Shown here: in pieces, positions 63,890 through 64,000 of the stretch | Layout of the letters: each line of letters opens with the position of its first letter | Position numbering within the stretch: the first letter of the stretch is position 1 | Program-made: the position numbers and the translations under genes | The notes under the pieces: model-generated | Told to the model about the DNA's origin: nothing | Database searches by the model: none | What the model saw: the letters and a program-made list of their open reading frames with translations, nothing else | DNA from: Sphagnum compactum | Taxonomy: Eukaryota | DNA: 64,000 bases | NCBI GenBank assembly: GCA_965153455.1 | Contig: OZ234493.1 | Location: 25,968,213 to 26,032,212, forward strand | Direction of reading: 5' to 3'

Positions 63890-64000
63890 ATGAAAAAGGA
63901 AGCTGCAAAACCCAACTTCATGTTCCAGGAGATAAAAGAAGCAGCATCACAAGAGCAAGAAAGTTCAAAACCATTCAAGCATCTGAAAAACAGAGTACCC
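63890..64000 (+). CDS. Possible 5' end of a downstream gene
   Basis: There is a donor GTAAAG at ~63778 and a polypyrimidine acceptor TTAG at ~63842. ATG 63890 is then open to the window end (MKKEAAKPNFMFQEIKEAASQEQ...). Confidence 0.35.
   Translation, partial: MKKEAAKPNFMFQEIKEAASQEQESSKPFKHLKNRVP

Overview
This is a eukaryotic, intron-rich land-plant genomic window. It looks like a moss, possibly Sphagnum, judged from repeat style and gene structure; that assignment is inference only. Intact host genes were rebuilt by hand across splice sites: a small 114-aa protein with repeated APFAT/APW motifs (+, 6196-8632), cytosolic methionine sulfoxide reductase A (-, 9898-11013), NTAN1 (+, 39505-43309), GPN2/QQT1 with a U12-type AT-AC intron (-, 58994-62166) and tRNA-Ser(GCT) (+, 62377-62458). 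Most of 12-38 kb and 44-58 kb is decayed transposon sequence. It includes a Helentron-type rolling-circle element (OTU-Rep-Pif1 helicase-EEP endonuclease) with an upstream OB-fold-like gene, several CACTA derivatives (one carrying a 25-bp satellite), a two-LTR Ty3/gypsy element with an extra upstream ORF, two hAT relics and an intron-retaining alpha-mannosidase fragment. The most striking feature is an LTR-retroelement relic (30.6-34.2 kb). In it a DNMT3-like C5 cytosine methyltransferase domain follows the aspartic protease, and the LTR-like region carries a captured plastid-type ribosomal L12 fragment. All family assignments come from motif recognition by eye; no database searches were run.
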